DNA of 64,000 bases, taken from NCBI GenBank assembly GCA_018671515.1, contig JABHHN010000080.1, positions 21,695 through 85,694 on the forward strand. Direction: 5' to 3'. The stretch is from an archaeon (GTDB lineage: Archaea > Nanobdellota > Nanobdellia > Woesearchaeales > GW2011-AR15). Positions 61,882 through 64,000 of this stretch are shown here, piece by piece (position 1 is the first letter of the stretch; each line of letters begins with the position of its first letter). The position numbers were made by a program, and so were the translations under genes. Below the pieces are notes generated by a model. It did not search any database, was not told where the DNA came from, and was given only the letters and a program-made list of their open reading frames with translations.

Positions 61882-63525
61882 ATGAAACCGAGTAAAACGG
61901 GGAAAAAGAGGGTGAATATTAGTTCTAAGAAGGTTGTTAAAACACGTACATCTAATAAGCATTCCAAAACACATACTTCTCATAAATCTCTAAAAAAACA
62001 TGTTAGTATTAAGACTAAATCTGCAGAAACAGCTATTGGTGAAAAGAAAAAAGATGAGATCATAGATTCTTATAATTATGATTCAAAAAAGATTCCAATT
62101 ATTATAACTATTAAAAATACAAATGAAGAATATGTTCCAATATACGAAGTATCTATTTCTCAAATAAGTAAGACAACAGAATTGATTCTCGAAAAGATTA
62201 GACAGCAGCTTATAAAACAGGTCAATCTTGGAATTATAGAAATAACAGACACAAAAAAGACTGATGTCATTGAAGAGAAATTTAGAGCAACAATTATTGT
62301 TCTTGTAAATAAATATTTTCCAGATATTGATGATAATATCAAGGATTTTTTGATTTCATATCTTATTCAGAAAAGTCTTGGCCTTGGAAGTCTTGAAATA
62401 TTGATGGATGATAAGCAATTAGAAGAAATAGTAATTAATAGTGCAACAGAACCTGTCTGGGTATTTCATAAAAAGCATGGATGGTTAAAAACAACCATCA
62501 CAATACCTGAAGAAGATCAGACAAGACATTATGCAACAATGATAGGTAGAAAGATTGGTAGGCAGATTACAGTCCTAGAACCATTATTAGATGCGCATCT
62601 TGATGCAGGAGACAGAGTCAATGCGACACTTATGCCTATTTCAACACACGGAAATACAATTACATTTAGAAAATTCTCAAGAGATCCTATGACTATAACT
62701 CATTTCTTGAGATATGGTACGCTTACTCCTTATGCTGCAGCACTTATCTGGACAGCGATGCAATTTGAGATGTCTGCAATAATTGCAGGAGGTACTGCTT
62801 CCGGAAAGACATCAACATTAAATGTTCTTGCAACATTTTTCCCACCAAATCAAAGAATAATTTCAATTGAGGACACAAGAGAAATAAGACTTCCAAAATT
62901 TTTACACTGGGTTCCAATGTCAACAAGGCTTCCAAATTCAGAAGGTAAAGGAGAAGTTTCGATGGAACATCTTTTAGTTAATTCGCTTAGAATGAGGCCA
63001 GATAGGATATTAGTTGGAGAAGTAAGAAGAAAAAGAGAGGCAGAGACACTTTTTGAAGCGATACATACAGGACATAGTGTATATGCAACATTCCATTCAA
63101 ATACTGCAGAAGAAACAGTAAAAAGACTTACAAATCCACCAATAAATGTTCCAAGAATGATGCTTCCAGCCATATCAATGATTATTATGCAATTTAGGAA
63201 CAGAAGGACTGGAACGAGAAGGACATTTCAGATTGCAGAAATACTTCCAAATGCTGAGGCAAATGTCCTTTTACAATATGATGCAAAAAAAGATCGTCTT
63301 GTACAAGCAAATAAATCCAAATCACTTCTTTCAACATTAAAATTATTTACTGGATTCACCGATGCAGAAATTCACAAGACATTACAAGAAAAGGAAAAAG
63401 TTTTGAAATATCTTGTAGATATGGGAATAGACACAGTAGACAGTGTAGGTCATGTCATAGCAGAATTCTATACAAATAAAAGTAATCTGATGAAACATAT
63501 CAGTGCAAAAAAGAGACTTGGGTGA
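61882..63525 (+). CDS. Type IV/Tad pilus assembly ATPase (CpaF/VirB11 family)
   Basis: GGTASGKT, IEDTRE, LRMRPD..VGEVR, TGH..ATFH. Confidence 0.93.
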   Translation: MKPSKTGKKRVNISSKKVVKTRTSNKHSKTHTSHKSLKKHVSIKTKSAETAIGEKKKDEIIDSYNYDSKKIPIIITIKNTNEEYVPIYEVSISQISKTTELILEKIRQQLIKQVNLGIIEITDTKKTDVIEEKFRATIIVLVNKYFPDIDDNIKDFLISYLIQKSLGLGSLEILMDDKQLEEIVINSATEPVWVFHKKHGWLKTTITIPEEDQTRHYATMIGRKIGRQITVLEPLLDAHLDAGDRVNATLMPISTHGNTITFRKFSRDPMTITHFLRYGTLTPYAAALIWTAMQFEMSAIIAGGTASGKTSTLNVLATFFPPNQRIISIEDTREIRLPKFLHWVPMSTRLPNSEGKGEVSMEHLLVNSLRMRPDRILVGEVRRKREAETLFEAIHTGHSVYATFHSNTAEETVKRLTNPPINVPRMMLPAISMIIMQFRNRRTGTRRTFQIAEILPNAEANVLLQYDAKKDRLVQANKSKSLLSTLKLFTGFTDAEIHKTLQEKEKVLKYLVDMGIDTVDSVGHVIAEFYTNKSNLMKHISAKKRLG

Positions 63526-63530
63526 GTAAG

Positions 63531-64000
63531 ATGAACATAGTTCATATTATTGCTTCAAAAAATAAGGGCTTAAGATTACAATTGCGTCAAGCAAATATGC
63601 TCTATACACCAGAAGAATTCATTAAAAGAACTATGGTGTCTGCATTCTATATGGCATTTATGGTAATTTTTATCATTTTTTTACTTATGGCAAAGTCAGC
63701 TGAAAAAATGACAGTTGCATTAACGTTAATAATTGCATTTCCTATTTGTATAATTTTCATGTATTTTTATTTTATGCAGCTTCCGATGGTTAAAATAAAT
63801 AGATTAAATAGAGAGATAAGTAAAGAAATAGTATTTGCTGGAAGATTCATGATAATAGAATTAGAATCTGGTGTTTCATTATTTAAAACACTTGAAAATA
63901 TTGGAGCAAGCTATAAGGCAGTAGGTGCGTATTTTAGAGAAATCATTGAAAAAGTAAAGATTGGAACTTCACTGGAACAGGCGGTAAATGAAGCAGTTGA
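63531..64000 (+). CDS. Pilus membrane platform protein (TadB/C, T2SS-F), partial
   Basis: Hand translation MNIVHII...TM-TM...ELESGVSL...GTSLEQA; follows the ATPase with SD GGTGAG. Confidence 0.8.
   Translation, partial: MNIVHIIASKNKGLRLQLRQANMLYTPEEFIKRTMVSAFYMAFMVIFIIFLLMAKSAEKMTVALTLIIAFPICIIFMYFYFMQLPMVKINRLNREISKEIVFAGRFMIIELESGVSLFKTLENIGASYKAVGAYFREIIEKVKIGTSLEQAVNEAV

Noticed and set aside
1..64000. tRNA or rRNA genes, transposases, integrases, prophage
   Set aside because: No extended GC-rich structured tracts or mobile-element motifs seen by eye; a tRNAscan/Infernal run would be needed to exclude them fully.

Overview
Very AT-rich archaeal chromosome segment. It carries archaeal histone, TBP, Cdc6/Orc1, PolD, MCM, PAN, aPelota, Hjc and EndA. 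The compact genes, KRGQ-type surface protein and Tad-like pilus locus suggest a DPANN lineage such as Woesearchaeota (inference). Layout: 0-13 kb is housekeeping genes, a tandem array of Cys-rich surface-protein paralogues and a solo Cas4. 13.2-29.1 kb is a complete, largely bacterial-type shikimate/Phe/Tyr biosynthesis super-operon ending at tyrS. 29.6-38 kb is a peptidase/PEP carboxylase/PAN block. 38-60 kb is a tRNA-processing and replication island with an ORB-flanked origin upstream of cdc6-polD. 60-64 kb is the start of a type IV/Tad pilus locus. The main signal is two short ORFs missing from the ORF track: MYSNIEHMNLNFENKLDAFTFWFTYFFFY ahead of the shikimate operon and MSRDKSNMDYAKDLSSVNFYYYYL ahead of tyrA-aroF. 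Each follows a TATA-like box and has a hairpin starting at its stop codon, so they look like amino-acid-sensing leader-peptide attenuators in an archaeon. Also found by eye: a U32 hydroxylase plus ferredoxin at the prephenate node of the operon, and a box C/D sRNA gene. All calls come from motif recognition; no searches or folding programs were run.
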